Below are positions 39,757 through 49,841 of a stretch of DNA of 64,000 nt, piece by piece (position 1 is the first letter of the stretch; every line of letters starts with the position of its first letter). The stretch lies in the NCBI GenBank assembly GCA_030066085.1, contig JASJCI010000001.1:132380-196379 (forward strand). The letters are read 5' to 3'. The translations under genes and the position numbers were made by a program. Origin of the DNA: Gammaproteobacteria bacterium (GTDB lineage Bacteria > Pseudomonadota > Gammaproteobacteria > GCA-001735895). Under the pieces are notes generated by a model. It searched no databases, had not been told where the DNA came from, and was given only the letters and a program-made list of their open reading frames with translations.

Positions 39757-40539
39757 CTACATTTCCATCGTTTGCGCCCGCGGTTTCAGGCTGACCTGCT
39801 GCAGCTGGCGATAGAACGGCAGGTGATGGTCGAGAAAGTCGCGCAGCTGCGGCGCATCGCGACACAGCTGTTCGAATGCCTCGGCCGCGCGTCGTTCCTC
39901 GTCCGCAGCCGGGGGACGGATACCGCGCGAACTGGTGACGTCACGGTGCCATCCCTGCACGTATTGCCAGTCTTCCGGCGCGGCCGCGGGGTCCCAGCGG
40001 AGAGCCTGGTCGCGATAGTCGAGGCCCAGCATGCGCCAGAATCGACGCATCATGCCCGCGGTATCGGCCTGGACCAGTTCGGCTTCCAGTACCGGCCCCG
40101 GGACAATTCCGGCATCGAGCAGGCGGCTGTAATGCTGCCACTGGGCTTCGAGCCCGACTTCGTAGCAGGTCAATTCCGGATCGAGCCGATAGAAGGACGG
40201 AATAGCCCGCAGCGGGTTGCGTACCAGGAAACAATGCACGATGCGACGATAGAAATCACCGTGATCGAACAGCTCCGGCATCACGTAGTAGCTCATGTCC
40301 TTGACGAACACCGCCGCGGTTTCCGCCTTTTGCAGGATCAGGTCGCGGGTTTCGACGTAACTCGAGGGATGGCCGCACTGGCCGGAGAAATGCGCCAGCT
40401 CGCGATCGCCGCGCTTCGCGTAGTAGTACTGCAGGAACGGTTCGTGCAGGCAATCGAAATCGCCGCGTTCGCGCATGATGCGTTCGATCGCGGTCGACAT
40501 GGACCGCGGGTGGGCCCAGAGTACGACTATCGGAAACAT
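39757..40539 (-). CDS. Sulfotransferase-family protein (P-loop 5'-PSB-like motif)
   Basis: 260 aa from ATG 40539 (MFPIVVLWAHPRSMSTAIERIMRERGDFDCLHEPF...). PRSMST resembles the PAPS 5'-phosphosulfate-binding loop of the Stf0/sulfotransferase fold. Confidence 0.5.
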   Translation of the reverse strand: MFPIVVLWAHPRSMSTAIERIMRERGDFDCLHEPFLQYYYAKRGDRELAHFSGQCGHPSSYVETRDLILQKAETAAVFVKDMSYYVMPELFDHGDFYRRIVHCFLVRNPLRAIPSFYRLDPELTCYEVGLEAQWQHYSRLLDAGIVPGPVLEAELVQADTAGMMRRFWRMLGLDYRDQALRWDPAAAPEDWQYVQGWHRDVTSSRGIRPPAADEERRAAEAFEQLCRDAPQLRDFLDHHLPFYRQLQQVSLKPRAQTMEM

Positions 40540-40550
40540 GATCCAGGCGG

Positions 40551-41882
40551 CTACTCGCCGCGCACCACCTTGGTAATTGCAGGCAAGTAGAATAACAGCG
40601 TTGCCGCACGCAGCAACATGAATAGCGACAGTCCGAGATACAGGCCATGGTTGCCCAGGGCCGGAATGGTCACCTGCAGCAGCGCGAGGTAGAGCAATAG
40701 CGAGACGACCATGGCATTGCGCATTTCGCGGGTGTGTCCGCTGCCGATGAATATGCCGTCGAGCTGGAAACTCCACACCGACAGCAGCGGTGCCAGCACC
40801 ATCCACGGCAGGTAGCTGCGCGCCGCGTCGGCGACGCTGTCGATACTCGTGAACAGGGCGATGATGCTATCGCCCAGCAGGAAAAAGACGATCGAAGCCA
40901 GCAGCGCAATCGCTGCGCCCCACAGCGTGGTCAGCTGGATGGCGCGCCGAAACGGTCGTTCGCGGCGCGCACCGTAGGCGCTGCCCGCCATCGCCTCGGC
41001 CGCATGCGCAAAACCGTCCAGGCCGTAGGCGGTGAAGTTGAGAAAATGCAGCAACACCGCGTTGGCGGCGAGAATGACATCGCCCTGGCGCGCGCCCATC
41101 GCCGTGAAGTAGGCAAAAGCGAACAGCAGGCACAGGGTTCTGACGAAAATGTTGCCATTGGCCTGGAACAGCTGCAGCAGTGCCTTGCGCTCGAGTACGC
41201 GGCCGCGGTCGTAGCGCTGCAGGGCGAGGCCGATCTGGGTGCGCAAAAGGTAAAAACCGAGCCCGGCAGCGAGGTACTCGGCAATCAGCGACGCCAGTGC
41301 CACCCCCTGCACGCCCCAGTCGAAAGCGAGCACGAACAGCAGATCGAGCAGCATGTTGACCAGGTTCAGAAACAGCTGCAGGACAAAAACCGCGCGCGTA
41401 TTGTGCAGGCCGATCAAAACTCCCATGAACACGTAAGTGCACAGCACCGCCGGCGCGCTCCAAAGGCGGATGCGCGCATAGTCGGCGGCCAGCGCTTCGA
41501 CCGCGGCGCTGCTGTCGACCAGCTGCAGGGCCAGCCCGATCAGCGGTCGTCCGGCCAGGCAGGTCAGCACACCGAGCGCCGCGGCGAGGATCAGCACGCG
41601 CAAAATGATATCCGACAGTTCGCGCCAGTTGCTCGCGCCGTATGCACGGGCCACGAAACCGGTGGTACCCATGCGCAGGAAACCGAAACCCCAGTAGAGG
41701 AAACTGAATATCAGCGCGCCCAGCGCGACCGCGCCGATCGCTGCCGGTTCGGGCAAATGCCCGACGACGGCGGTATCGACCGCGCCCACCAGCGGCACCG
41801 ACAGGTTCGACAGGATAATCGGTCCGGCAAGCACCCAGACCTTGCGATGGTTTACTTCGAGTCCACCGCCGAGATCAGCCAT
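40551..41882 (-). CDS. MATE-family efflux transporter (NorM/DinF-like)
   Basis: 443 aa with 12 TM segments and MATE N-terminus (VWVLAGPIILSNLSVPLVGAVDTAVVGHL). Confidence 0.85.
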   Translation of the reverse strand: MADLGGGLEVNHRKVWVLAGPIILSNLSVPLVGAVDTAVVGHLPEPAAIGAVALGALIFSFLYWGFGFLRMGTTGFVARAYGASNWRELSDIILRVLILAAALGVLTCLAGRPLIGLALQLVDSSAAVEALAADYARIRLWSAPAVLCTYVFMGVLIGLHNTRAVFVLQLFLNLVNMLLDLLFVLAFDWGVQGVALASLIAEYLAAGLGFYLLRTQIGLALQRYDRGRVLERKALLQLFQANGNIFVRTLCLLFAFAYFTAMGARQGDVILAANAVLLHFLNFTAYGLDGFAHAAEAMAGSAYGARRERPFRRAIQLTTLWGAAIALLASIVFFLLGDSIIALFTSIDSVADAARSYLPWMVLAPLLSVWSFQLDGIFIGSGHTREMRNAMVVSLLLYLALLQVTIPALGNHGLYLGLSLFMLLRAATLLFYLPAITKVVRGE

Positions 41883-43272
41883 CGCGACCGGGGTCGGACC
41901 AGCGCAGCTCGTCGCCCTCTTCCGGTTCGCTCACCCGCTCACGGGTTTCGTCGTGTGCCGACAGATAAAGCTGGTTGGAGGTAGCCTGGGTCGATGGCAC
42001 CGCGACGAACGGCTTGCGCTTGTCCGGCGTACCAACTCGCCGGCGACGCGTGATGATGGCAAAAATCGACAGCAACAGGCTGATCAGCGCGAAGTAGTAA
42101 AACAGGCCGGTCGGGCCGAGGAAGTGCATGAACTGCCCCGCCACGATCGGCCCGCTGACCGCGCCCGCGCCGTAAGTGATCAACAGCGCACCCGCGACCT
42201 GCACCCGCTGATGGGCACCGACCTGGTCGTTGGCCGTGGCCGCGGCCAGCGAATACAGCGTGAAGACGAAAGCGCCGAAAATCCCCGCGCCCACCAGGAT
42301 CAGTAGAAACTGCTGCACGAAAAGTTGCCAGATCGCCGCCGCGGCAACCACCAGCGGGATCAGCACCAGCAACGGACCGCGACCAATCCGGTCGGACAGG
42401 TGGCCAACCGGCCACTGCAGGAACAGTCCGCTGATAATCAGGGTGGCCATGAAGGTCGACAGCTGCGCTTCGCTGAGGCCGATGTTGGTTGCAAACACCG
42501 GTCCGAGCCCGTGAATGCTGGCGTTGACCAGCCCGCAGCAGAAAACGCCGAACACCCCGAGCGGCGCGAGACGAAACAGTTCGGCGATTGGCATGCGCCG
42601 CGACTGCACCGGCACCGGTGCGCGCGATCGCGTCAGCAAAACCGGGATCAGCGCCAGCGAGAAAAGGATCGATGCCAGGCTGAACAGCAGGAATTCAGAG
42701 GGATCGCCGACGTTGAGCAGAAACTGGCCGCAACCCGCGGCGAAGTAATTCACGGTCATGTAGAAAGACAGGATCTGGCCGCGGTTCTGATTACTCGCAT
42801 TTTCGTTGAGCCAGCTCTCGGTGACCATGATCATGCCTGCCATGCAGAATCCCGCCACCAGCCGAAACAGCATCCACGCGTAGGCGTCGACCACAATCGG
42901 GTGCATCAATGCGGACACCGACATCATCGACGCGAAGGCCGCGAACGAACGAATGTGCCCGACTCGCGTGACGACACGACTCGCGAACAGGCCGCCGAGC
43001 AGCAGGCCGCTGAAATAGGAAGCGACGACGAAACCGACCAGCACGGTCGAAAAACCCTCGACCTGGGTGCGCACGCCGAGCAGGGTCGAAAACAGGCCAT
43101 TGGCCAGCAACAGCAGGCCGTAGCTGAGTAGCAGGGAAAAAACGGTGCCGAGCGTCTTGAGCAAGGGCGGGGTTTCAGGAAGCTGTTTGCCGCCTGTTAC
43201 TCTAGAACAATTCCCGCGCGATATCACCCGTAAACCTGCGTTACGAGCGGGTTTTTGCCCGGCCGGGCTCAT
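41875..43272 (-). CDS. MFS transporter (start uncertain)
   Basis: About 465 aa with 12 TM segments. 8-nt overlap with the MATE gene start. Confidence 0.7.
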   Translation of the reverse strand: MSPAGQKPARNAGLRVISRGNCSRVTGGKQLPETPPLLKTLGTVFSLLLSYGLLLLANGLFSTLLGVRTQVEGFSTVLVGFVVASYFSGLLLGGLFASRVVTRVGHIRSFAAFASMMSVSALMHPIVVDAYAWMLFRLVAGFCMAGMIMVTESWLNENASNQNRGQILSFYMTVNYFAAGCGQFLLNVGDPSEFLLFSLASILFSLALIPVLLTRSRAPVPVQSRRMPIAELFRLAPLGVFGVFCCGLVNASIHGLGPVFATNIGLSEAQLSTFMATLIISGLFLQWPVGHLSDRIGRGPLLVLIPLVVAAAAIWQLFVQQFLLILVGAGIFGAFVFTLYSLAAATANDQVGAHQRVQVAGALLITYGAGAVSGPIVAGQFMHFLGPTGLFYYFALISLLLSIFAIITRRRRVGTPDKRKPFVAVPSTQATSNQLYLSAHDETRERVSEPEEGDELRWSDPGRDG

Positions 43273-43330
43273 TCATTCGGGATTCAGCTCGAGTTCGCAT
43301 AATAAAAGGACCGTTTGCCACCGATATCGA

Positions 43331-43365
43331 TTTTGACAAATACCCGCCAATCGCTTTACCCTGTG
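43331..43365 (+). promoter_or_regulatory. Promoter-like motif TTTTGACAAATACCCGCCAATCGCTTTACCCTGTG (copy 1 of 2) upstream of ABC substrate-binding gene
   Basis: Contains a TTGACA -35 hexamer. About 30/35 identical to the copy at 45367-45403. Confidence 0.3.
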
Positions 43366-43483
43366 CGCCCTAACGTGGACCTGCATCGTGTCCTTAACCC
43401 GCACGGGATAGCCATGCTGGCGTCAAGATCGAGCAGTCGTTAACTACAAAAACTGAACTGAGTTTTAACCCCGAGGAGTAAAA

Positions 43484-45112
43484 ATGACAGACGTTAAATC
43501 CAAAACCGAGCTCGGTTTCCACCACCTGAGCCAGGCCGACCGCGACCTCGTCGACAAGATGGTCAGGGGCGGCAGCGGCCAGGTAACTCGACGCGATGCC
43601 CTCAAGCTGGCGATGGTCACCGGTGTATCGCTGACGGTCGCCGAGCAGTTGCTGACCGACGGCAAGAAGGTGCTGGCCGCCACGCCGAAGAAAGGCGGCT
43701 CGGTGCGCATGGCGTCCAACCTGCACGGCCCGGACGATCAGCTCGACCCGATCGTGTTCACGTCGACCATCGACTATACCCGTGGCCGGGCTACCTATAA
43801 CAGCCTGACCCAGATCACCGAGGGCCTGATCCCGTCTCCCGACCTGGCGGAATCTTTCGAGCCCAACAGCAACGCGACCGAGTGGACCTTCAAGATCCGC
43901 AAGGGTGTCACCTGGCACGACGGCAAACCGTTGACCGCCGACGACGTGGTTTACAGCATGAAGCGCCACATGGGCGAGAATTCCAAGTCCGTCATCAAGT
44001 CGGTGCTGGCCTCGGTCTCCGACTGGAAGAAAACCGGCCCGATGGAGGTCAAGGCCATCCTGAATACGCCGAACGCGGACCTGCCGGTACTGACCGGCCT
44101 GTTCCAGGCCAAGATCGTGCAGGAAGGCACCGACGGTGGCGGTATCGGCACCGGTCCGTTCGTGATGGAATCGTTCGAGCCCGGGGTAAAATCCGTGCAC
44201 GTACGTAACAACAACTACTGGCGCGAAGGCGCACACCTCGATGGTTGCGAAATCACCGCGATCACCGACCCGGTTGCGCGCACCAATGCGCTGATCTCGG
44301 GTGACATGCAGCTGGTCACGCAAATCGATCCCAAGGCTTTCCGCCAGGTCGAAAGCGCGGACGGTGTCACCCTGCTGTCGACCCCGGCGGCGCTGCAGCT
44401 CGGTATCTGCTGCCTGAAAAACGCCAGCCCGGGTGAAAACGACGACTTCGTCAAGGGTATGCAGTACATCCAGGACCGCAAGCGTATCGTCAAGCGGATC
44501 CTCAAGGGCAAGGGCACCGTCGGTAACGACACCCCGATCTCGGCCGCGCACGGACCCGACTTCTGCAACGAATTGCCGCAGCGTGAATTCGATCCGGACA
44601 AGGCCAAGTTCCACTTCGACAAGGCCGGCGTCAAGAGCGCCGAACTGTTCGTTGCACCGGTCACGTCCGGCATCGAGGACATGTGCCTGCTGGCACAGGC
44701 CAACTGCGCCAAGATCGGTTTCGACCTGCAGCTGAAGAAGGTCCCGACCGACGGTTACTGGGGCGCGGTGTGGATGAAGGAACCGCTCAACGTCGTAACC
44801 TGGAACATGCGCCCGACCGCGAATTCGCAGATGGCGATCCAGTTCGGACCCGGTGCCGCGTGGAACGATACCTTCTGGAACAACGAGCGCATGGGTGAGC
44901 TGTTGAGCCTGTCACTGGCGGAAACCGATCCTGACAAGCGTCACGCGCTCTACTGCGAAATGCAGGAGCTGATCCACAACGGCAGCGGCATGGTCATCCC
45001 GGCATTCTCCAATATCAACGACGGTATTGCCGACAACGTCATGGGTGTGCCCAACATCCCGCTCGGTCAGCTCGGTGGCAACGAGTGGCCGGAGTTCGTC
45101 TGGCTGGCCTGA
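43484..45112 (+). CDS. ABC transporter substrate-binding protein, family 5 (Dpp/Opp/Nik-like), Tat-exported
   Basis: 542 aa with twin-arginine leader (QVTRRDALKLAMVTGVSLTVA) and family-5 SBP body. Confidence 0.85.
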   Translation: MTDVKSKTELGFHHLSQADRDLVDKMVRGGSGQVTRRDALKLAMVTGVSLTVAEQLLTDGKKVLAATPKKGGSVRMASNLHGPDDQLDPIVFTSTIDYTRGRATYNSLTQITEGLIPSPDLAESFEPNSNATEWTFKIRKGVTWHDGKPLTADDVVYSMKRHMGENSKSVIKSVLASVSDWKKTGPMEVKAILNTPNADLPVLTGLFQAKIVQEGTDGGGIGTGPFVMESFEPGVKSVHVRNNNYWREGAHLDGCEITAITDPVARTNALISGDMQLVTQIDPKAFRQVESADGVTLLSTPAALQLGICCLKNASPGENDDFVKGMQYIQDRKRIVKRILKGKGTVGNDTPISAAHGPDFCNELPQREFDPDKAKFHFDKAGVKSAELFVAPVTSGIEDMCLLAQANCAKIGFDLQLKKVPTDGYWGAVWMKEPLNVVTWNMRPTANSQMAIQFGPGAAWNDTFWNNERMGELLSLSLAETDPDKRHALYCEMQELIHNGSGMVIPAFSNINDGIADNVMGVPNIPLGQLGGNEWPEFVWLA

Positions 45113-45137
45113 TCCAGGCTGCCAAACCAGCCCGCGA

Positions 45138-45172
45138 GGCCTGCATGGAGTCATCCATGCAGGCCTTTTTTC
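45138..45172 (+). terminator. Rho-independent terminator after the substrate-binding gene (GGCCTGCATGG-loop-CCATGCAGGCC + T7)
   Basis: 11-bp perfect stem followed by TTTTTTCT, 26 nt after the stop. Implies differential expression of the SBP gene versus the permease and ATPase genes. Confidence 0.65.
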
Positions 45173-45366
45173 TGGCTCCTGCAATCAGCGGGAGTCTCGA
45201 ATAAACTGGCCAAGGCAGGCACCGGCAAACTGCGCCCGTGGGCTCGATTTCGGGCCGCGGCGGGCGTTCGAACGAAGCGGATTCGATCCCTTGCCACCGC
45301 GTGCCTGGCCGCCGCGGCTTTCATCCGGGGGCCTACCACGCGAATACCTGCACCCGCGCCAATTCA

Positions 45367-45403
45367 TTTTTGACAAACACCGGGCAATCGCTTTAACCTA
45401 TGA
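45367..45403 (+). promoter_or_regulatory. Promoter-like motif TTTTTGACAAACACCGGGCAATCGCTTTAACCTATG (copy 2) upstream of permease genes
   Basis: TTGACA-N16-TTTAAC. Near-duplicate of the 43331 element, about 195 nt upstream of ATG 45598. Confidence 0.3.
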
Positions 45404-45597
45404 TTTCGACCGATGACTGCATCACGTCGTCCACGCAGATACGCGCAGCCCAGGGGCTCGAGACCTTATCCGCGGGACAGGAGCAACGCGCGAGTCGAAC
45501 CGAGACCTGGTTCGGAATTCCAGGTGGCCCGGCCGGGATGCCGGGATAATAAAAATACAGGGAAACTCGAAAAACAAAATCAGGGGGGAAGTATCCA

Positions 45598-46548
45598 ATG
45601 ATGATGCGCATGGTGTGGCAGCGGATCGGTATCGGTTTTGCCACCTTAATCGTCGTGTCCATAATCGTGTTCATCGCGACCAGCCTGTTGCCGGGCGACG
45701 TAGCCCAGATCATTCTCGGACAGAGTGCAACACCCGAAACGCTGGCCGCGCTGCGCGCGGAGCTTGGACTGGACCAACCCTGGTACGTCAGGTACTTCAG
45801 CTGGCTCGGCGACATGATGACCGGCGACCTCGGTATTTCCAAGGCCGGCGGCGCCACCATCGCCAGCCTGATCGGTGGTCGTGTTGGCAACACGCTGCAG
45901 ATGGCGGCACTGGTGGCGGTGATTTCGATCCCGATCTCGATTGCGCTCGGCCTGTGGGCCGCGATGCACCCGGGCACCTGGCTCGATCGCATCGTCACTT
46001 TCGGCACCCTGGCCACGATCTCGGTACCCGAGTTTTTCATCGCCACGGTGCTGGTACTGATCCTCGCGGTCGAGCTGCAGTTGCTGCCGTCGACGGCTTA
46101 TCTCACCGGCAACGAAAGCTTCGGTCAATTATTGAAGGCCCTGGCAATGCCCCTGGTCACGCTAGTGATCGTGGTGTCGGCGCAGATGATCCGGATGACG
46201 CGTGCCGGCATCCTCAACGTCATGAGCTCTCCCTACATCGAGATGGCGATCCTGAAGGGCGTACCGCGCAAGCGTATCATCCTGCGCCACGCGTTCTACA
46301 ACGCGATCGGCCCGATCGTCAACGTCATCGCGCTGAACCTGGCCTACCTGGTCAGCGGCGTGGTTATCGTCGAGACCATCTTCGCCTATCCGGGACTCGC
46401 CAAGCTGATGATCGACGGCGTACAGACCCGCGATCTGCCGCTGGTGCAGGCCTGCGCGATGATCTTCTGCGGCACCTACGTGGTGCTGATCCTGTTGGCC
46501 GACATCGGCTCGATCGTTTCCAACCCGCGTCTGCGGAATCCCAAGTAG
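45598..46548 (+). CDS. ABC transporter permease (DppB/OppB-like)
   Basis: 316 aa with six TM segments and EAA-like loop (MIRMTRAGILNVMSSPYIEMAILKGVP). Confidence 0.85.
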   Translation: MMMRMVWQRIGIGFATLIVVSIIVFIATSLLPGDVAQIILGQSATPETLAALRAELGLDQPWYVRYFSWLGDMMTGDLGISKAGGATIASLIGGRVGNTLQMAALVAVISIPISIALGLWAAMHPGTWLDRIVTFGTLATISVPEFFIATVLVLILAVELQLLPSTAYLTGNESFGQLLKALAMPLVTLVIVVSAQMIRMTRAGILNVMSSPYIEMAILKGVPRKRIILRHAFYNAIGPIVNVIALNLAYLVSGVVIVETIFAYPGLAKLMIDGVQTRDLPLVQACAMIFCGTYVVLILLADIGSIVSNPRLRNPK

Positions 46549-46563
46549 GCGGAGGACTGTTCA

Positions 46564-47493
46564 ATGACTGACAACGTGCAAGTAAACAAGGACAAAGAAC
46601 AGGCCGTCATCGACGAACTCGATTCCTTCGCGGAACTGCCCGACGCGCCGCCAAAACGAAAGTTTCGCCTGTCCTGGGTGGGCTGGATGTCGGTCGGCGT
46701 AGTCGTGTTCTGGCTGCTGATCTGCATCATCGGCCCGAGTATCGCGCCGTTCCACGAAATGGACATGGAAGGCGACGACAGCTTCCTCGATGCCTACTCC
46801 GGCGAATACGGTACTTTCGTGCTCGGTACCGATTACCTCGGACGGGATACCTTTTCGCGCATTCTTTACGGCGCGCGCAACACGATCGGCATATCGCTGG
46901 CCGCCACGCTGCTCGCCTACCTGATGGGGATCACGCTCGGCATCCTGGCCGCGGTCAAGGGCGGCTGGATCGATATGGCGATCAGCCGGGTAAACGATTC
47001 GATACTATCGCTACCGACGATCATGCTGGGCCTGATCGTCATCGCCGCACTCGGCAATTCGATACCGAACCTGATCGGCATCGCCTCGGTGATTTACGCG
47101 ACATCCGTGTTCCGCATAGCGCGTGCGCTCGGGCTCGACATCATGGTGCAGGATTTTGTCGAGGCGGCGCAGACACGCGGCGAAGGTATCTGGTGGATCA
47201 TCCGCGCGGAAATCCTGCCGAACGCGGCCATGCCGCTGGCCACCGACTTCGGCCTGCGCCTGGTGTTCGTCGTGCTGTTCATCTCCAGCATGAGCTTCCT
47301 CGGCCTCGGCGTACCGCCACCGGCATCGGACTGGGGCGCGATGGTGCGTGAAAACCTGCAGGGCCTGACTTACGGCTCCTGGGCCGCGATCTGGCCGGCG
47401 ATTGCGATCGCGTCCTTTACCATCGCGGTCAACCTGATCGTAGACGATATTTCCGCCAAGTCCGGCGGCAGTCTCGCCAAGAAAATGGTGTAG
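46564..47493 (+). CDS. ABC transporter permease (DppC/OppC-like)
   Basis: 309 aa permease-family sequence (SRILYGARNTIGISLAATLLAYLMGITLG). Confidence 0.85.
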   Translation: MTDNVQVNKDKEQAVIDELDSFAELPDAPPKRKFRLSWVGWMSVGVVVFWLLICIIGPSIAPFHEMDMEGDDSFLDAYSGEYGTFVLGTDYLGRDTFSRILYGARNTIGISLAATLLAYLMGITLGILAAVKGGWIDMAISRVNDSILSLPTIMLGLIVIAALGNSIPNLIGIASVIYATSVFRIARALGLDIMVQDFVEAAQTRGEGIWWIIRAEILPNAAMPLATDFGLRLVFVVLFISSMSFLGLGVPPPASDWGAMVRENLQGLTYGSWAAIWPAIAIASFTIAVNLIVDDISAKSGGSLAKKMV

Positions 47494-47497
47494 AACA

Positions 47498-49399
47498 ATG
47501 GCAGAAGACAAAGAAAAACTGTTCGAGATCGAAGGCCTGCGTATCAGCGCCAAGAATGACGAAGGCGAAGAGGTCAAGATCGTCAAGGGTGTGGATTTCA
47601 ACATCCACAAGGGTGAAGTCGTCGCGCTGATCGGCGAATCCGGCTCGGGTAAAACCACGATCTCGCTGGCGACCCTGGCCTATACCAAGCCGGGCCTGTA
47701 CTTCTCCGGTGGCGAGTGCCGCCTGTTCGGCAAGGACGTATTGTCGATGTCACCGGTCGAACAACGCGACCTGCGCGGCGGCAACGTCGCCTACCTCGCG
47801 CAAAGCGCGGCGGCAACCTTCAACCCGGCGATCACGATCAACGAACAGGTCACCGAGGCCGCCGTGTTGCACGGTCGCCTGACCCAGGAAGAAGCCAACG
47901 AGCGCGCGATCGAGCTGTACCACGCGCTGGAACTGCCCGACGCCGATCGCATCGGCTATCGTTACCCGCACCAGGTATCGGGCGGACAGCTGCAGCGCCT
48001 GATGGCGGCGATGGCCCTGTGCGGCAAACCCGACCTGATGGTGCTCGACGAACCGACCACCGCGCTCGACGTCACCACCCAGATCGAGGTGCTGAAAGCC
48101 TTCAAGAAGGTTATCCGCGAGCAGAACTCGGCCGCGATTTACGTCACCCACGACCTCGCCGTGGTGGCGCAGGTTGCCGATCACATCGTCGTGCTCTATG
48201 CCGGCGAGGTCATGGAACAGGGTTCGGCGGACCAGATCATCAACAACCCGCAACACGCCTACACCAAGCGCCTGATGGCGGCCGCGCGGCCGAAACCGAC
48301 CTCGGGCATGGGCGAGGCCGTCACCAACGAGCATCATCGCGACATCGACAATATCGAGGTCAAGGACATGACCGCGGGTTACGGCGGCATCGTCGACGGC
48401 GAACCGGTGGTGCCGATCCTGCGCGACATCAATGTCAGCGTCAGAAACGGCCACGTGGTCGGGGTCATCGGTGAATCGGGCTGCGGCAAGTCGACGCTCG
48501 CGCGCGTCATGGCCGGCATGCTGCCGCCCGCGCGCGGCGACGTGATACTCGACGGCAAGAAACTCGAGGGGTCACTGAAAAACCGTTCGCTGGAAGAACT
48601 GCAAAAAGTTCAGTTCGTGTTCCAGATGGCGGATACCGCGTTGAATCCGAAACAGCTGATCGGCAATATCATCGGCCGCCCGCTCGAGTTTTACCACGGC
48701 CTGACCGGCAAGGAAAAACACAAGAAGGTGTCCGAGATCCTGGAAATGGTCGAATTGCCACCGGCATTCGCCAGCCGCTACCCGATGGAGCTTTCGGGCG
48801 GGCAGAAGCAGCGCATCAACCTGGCGCGCTCGCTGGCGGCCAACCCGGAAGTCATGCTGTGCGACGAGGTTACCTCGGCCCTCGACAGTATCGTTGGCGC
48901 CAACGTCATCAAGCTGTTGACCGATCTGCGCAACAAGACCGGTGTATCCTTCGTTTTCATCAGTCACGACCTGTCGACGGTAGCGTCGTTTGCCGATGAA
49001 ATCGTCGTACTCTACGCCGGCCGCGTGGTCGAGCAGGGCCCCGTCAACGATGTACTGGATCCGCCTTTCCATCCCTACACGCGCCTGTTGATCAGCTCGG
49101 TTCCCGAGATGCGGATCGGCTGGCTCGAGGATACGATGCAGAAACGCGAGATGGCGGTCGGTATCGCCCGCGGTGTCGAAATCACGCGCCGCGGCTGCCC
49201 GTTCTACAATCGCTGCCCGATGGCGATCGAGGGCACCTGCGAAATGGACACCCCGCCGCTGCGGCAGCTCAAGGAAGGCCACGAAATCCACTGTCATCAA
49301 ACCATCGAGGCGCTGGAAGAAGCCGAACGCGAAGCGCAGCAGATCCTGCACGGCTACGAAAAAATCGGTGAAGACGATCAGATCCCGACGGCCCACTAA
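47498..49399 (+). CDS. ABC transporter ATP-binding protein, fused tandem ATPase (DppD-DppF-like)
   Basis: 633 aa with two complete Walker A / signature / Walker B sets (GESGSGKTT...SGGQLQRL...[11 protein letters not shown] and GESGCGKST...SGGQKQRI...[11 protein letters not shown]). Confidence 0.9.
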   Translation: MAEDKEKLFEIEGLRISAKNDEGEEVKIVKGVDFNIHKGEVVALIGESGSGKTTISLATLAYTKPGLYFSGGECRLFGKDVLSMSPVEQRDLRGGNVAYLAQSAAATFNPAITINEQVTEAAVLHGRLTQEEANERAIELYHALELPDADRIGYRYPHQVSGGQLQRLMAAMALCGKPDLMVLDEPTTALDVTTQIEVLKAFKKVIREQNSAAIYVTHDLAVVAQVADHIVVLYAGEVMEQGSADQIINNPQHAYTKRLMAAARPKPTSGMGEAVTNEHHRDIDNIEVKDMTAGYGGIVDGEPVVPILRDINVSVRNGHVVGVIGESGCGKSTLARVMAGMLPPARGDVILDGKKLEGSLKNRSLEELQKVQFVFQMADTALNPKQLIGNIIGRPLEFYHGLTGKEKHKKVSEILEMVELPPAFASRYPMELSGGQKQRINLARSLAANPEVMLCDEVTSALDSIVGANVIKLLTDLRNKTGVSFVFISHDLSTVASFADEIVVLYAGRVVEQGPVNDVLDPPFHPYTRLLISSVPEMRIGWLEDTMQKREMAVGIARGVEITRRGCPFYNRCPMAIEGTCEMDTPPLRQLKEGHEIHCHQTIEALEEAEREAQQILHGYEKIGEDDQIPTAH

Positions 49400-49420
49400 A
49401 TCAGAGCGGATGCAAATGAC

Positions 49421-49804
49421 ATGAGCGACTATCCACGTCTTAAGGAAATGGGGATCAATAATCCCCATGAAATCGAAAAATTCGGGATCTACACCGTGGG
49501 GACGACCGACGTGCTGCAGATCACCTACGATCGTAAACCGGGTTCGCTGCTGCCCGTGAGCCGGCGCTACAAGTTCCCGCAGGCGAAGAAATCGGTCATG
49601 GTGGATAGCGGTACCGACAAGGCACAGGTGCTCTACGAGAGTGTCGGTGCGTTTCGCGAAGCGGTGCACGAGCTGGAGCAGCTGCGTGCCGAGCGCGCCA
49701 AGGGCCAGGATGTGGCGGCGTTGATTCGCGAGGAACTGCGCCTGCTCGAGGAAGACATCGCGCTGCGTACGCAATACATCAACTCGCTGGTCGATCGCCT
49801 CTAG
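49421..49804 (+). CDS. Hypothetical protein (DUF3461-like), terminal gene of the ABC operon
   Basis: 127 aa, hydrophilic, with a coiled C-terminus. Confidence 0.45.
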   Translation: MSDYPRLKEMGINNPHEIEKFGIYTVGTTDVLQITYDRKPGSLLPVSRRYKFPQAKKSVMVDSGTDKAQVLYESVGAFREAVHELEQLRAERAKGQDVAALIREELRLLEEDIALRTQYINSLVDRL

Positions 49805-49814
49805 ACTGCTGCAG

Positions 49815-49840
49815 GCCGGTCTCGCCGCGACGAGACCGGC
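49815..49840. terminator. Perfect 10-bp hairpin GCCGGTCTCG-CCGCGA-CGAGACCGGC between convergent genes (no T-tract)
   Basis: Read directly. Lacks U-run on either strand, so terminator function is uncertain. Confidence 0.3.
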
Positions 49841-49841
49841 G

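Noticed and set aside
45461-45540. tRNA-like fragment (GGTTCGGAATTCC) in the SBP-permease spacer
   Set aside because: No acceptor-stem pairing or anticodon arm could be built. The T-loop consensus GTTCGAATC is not matched.
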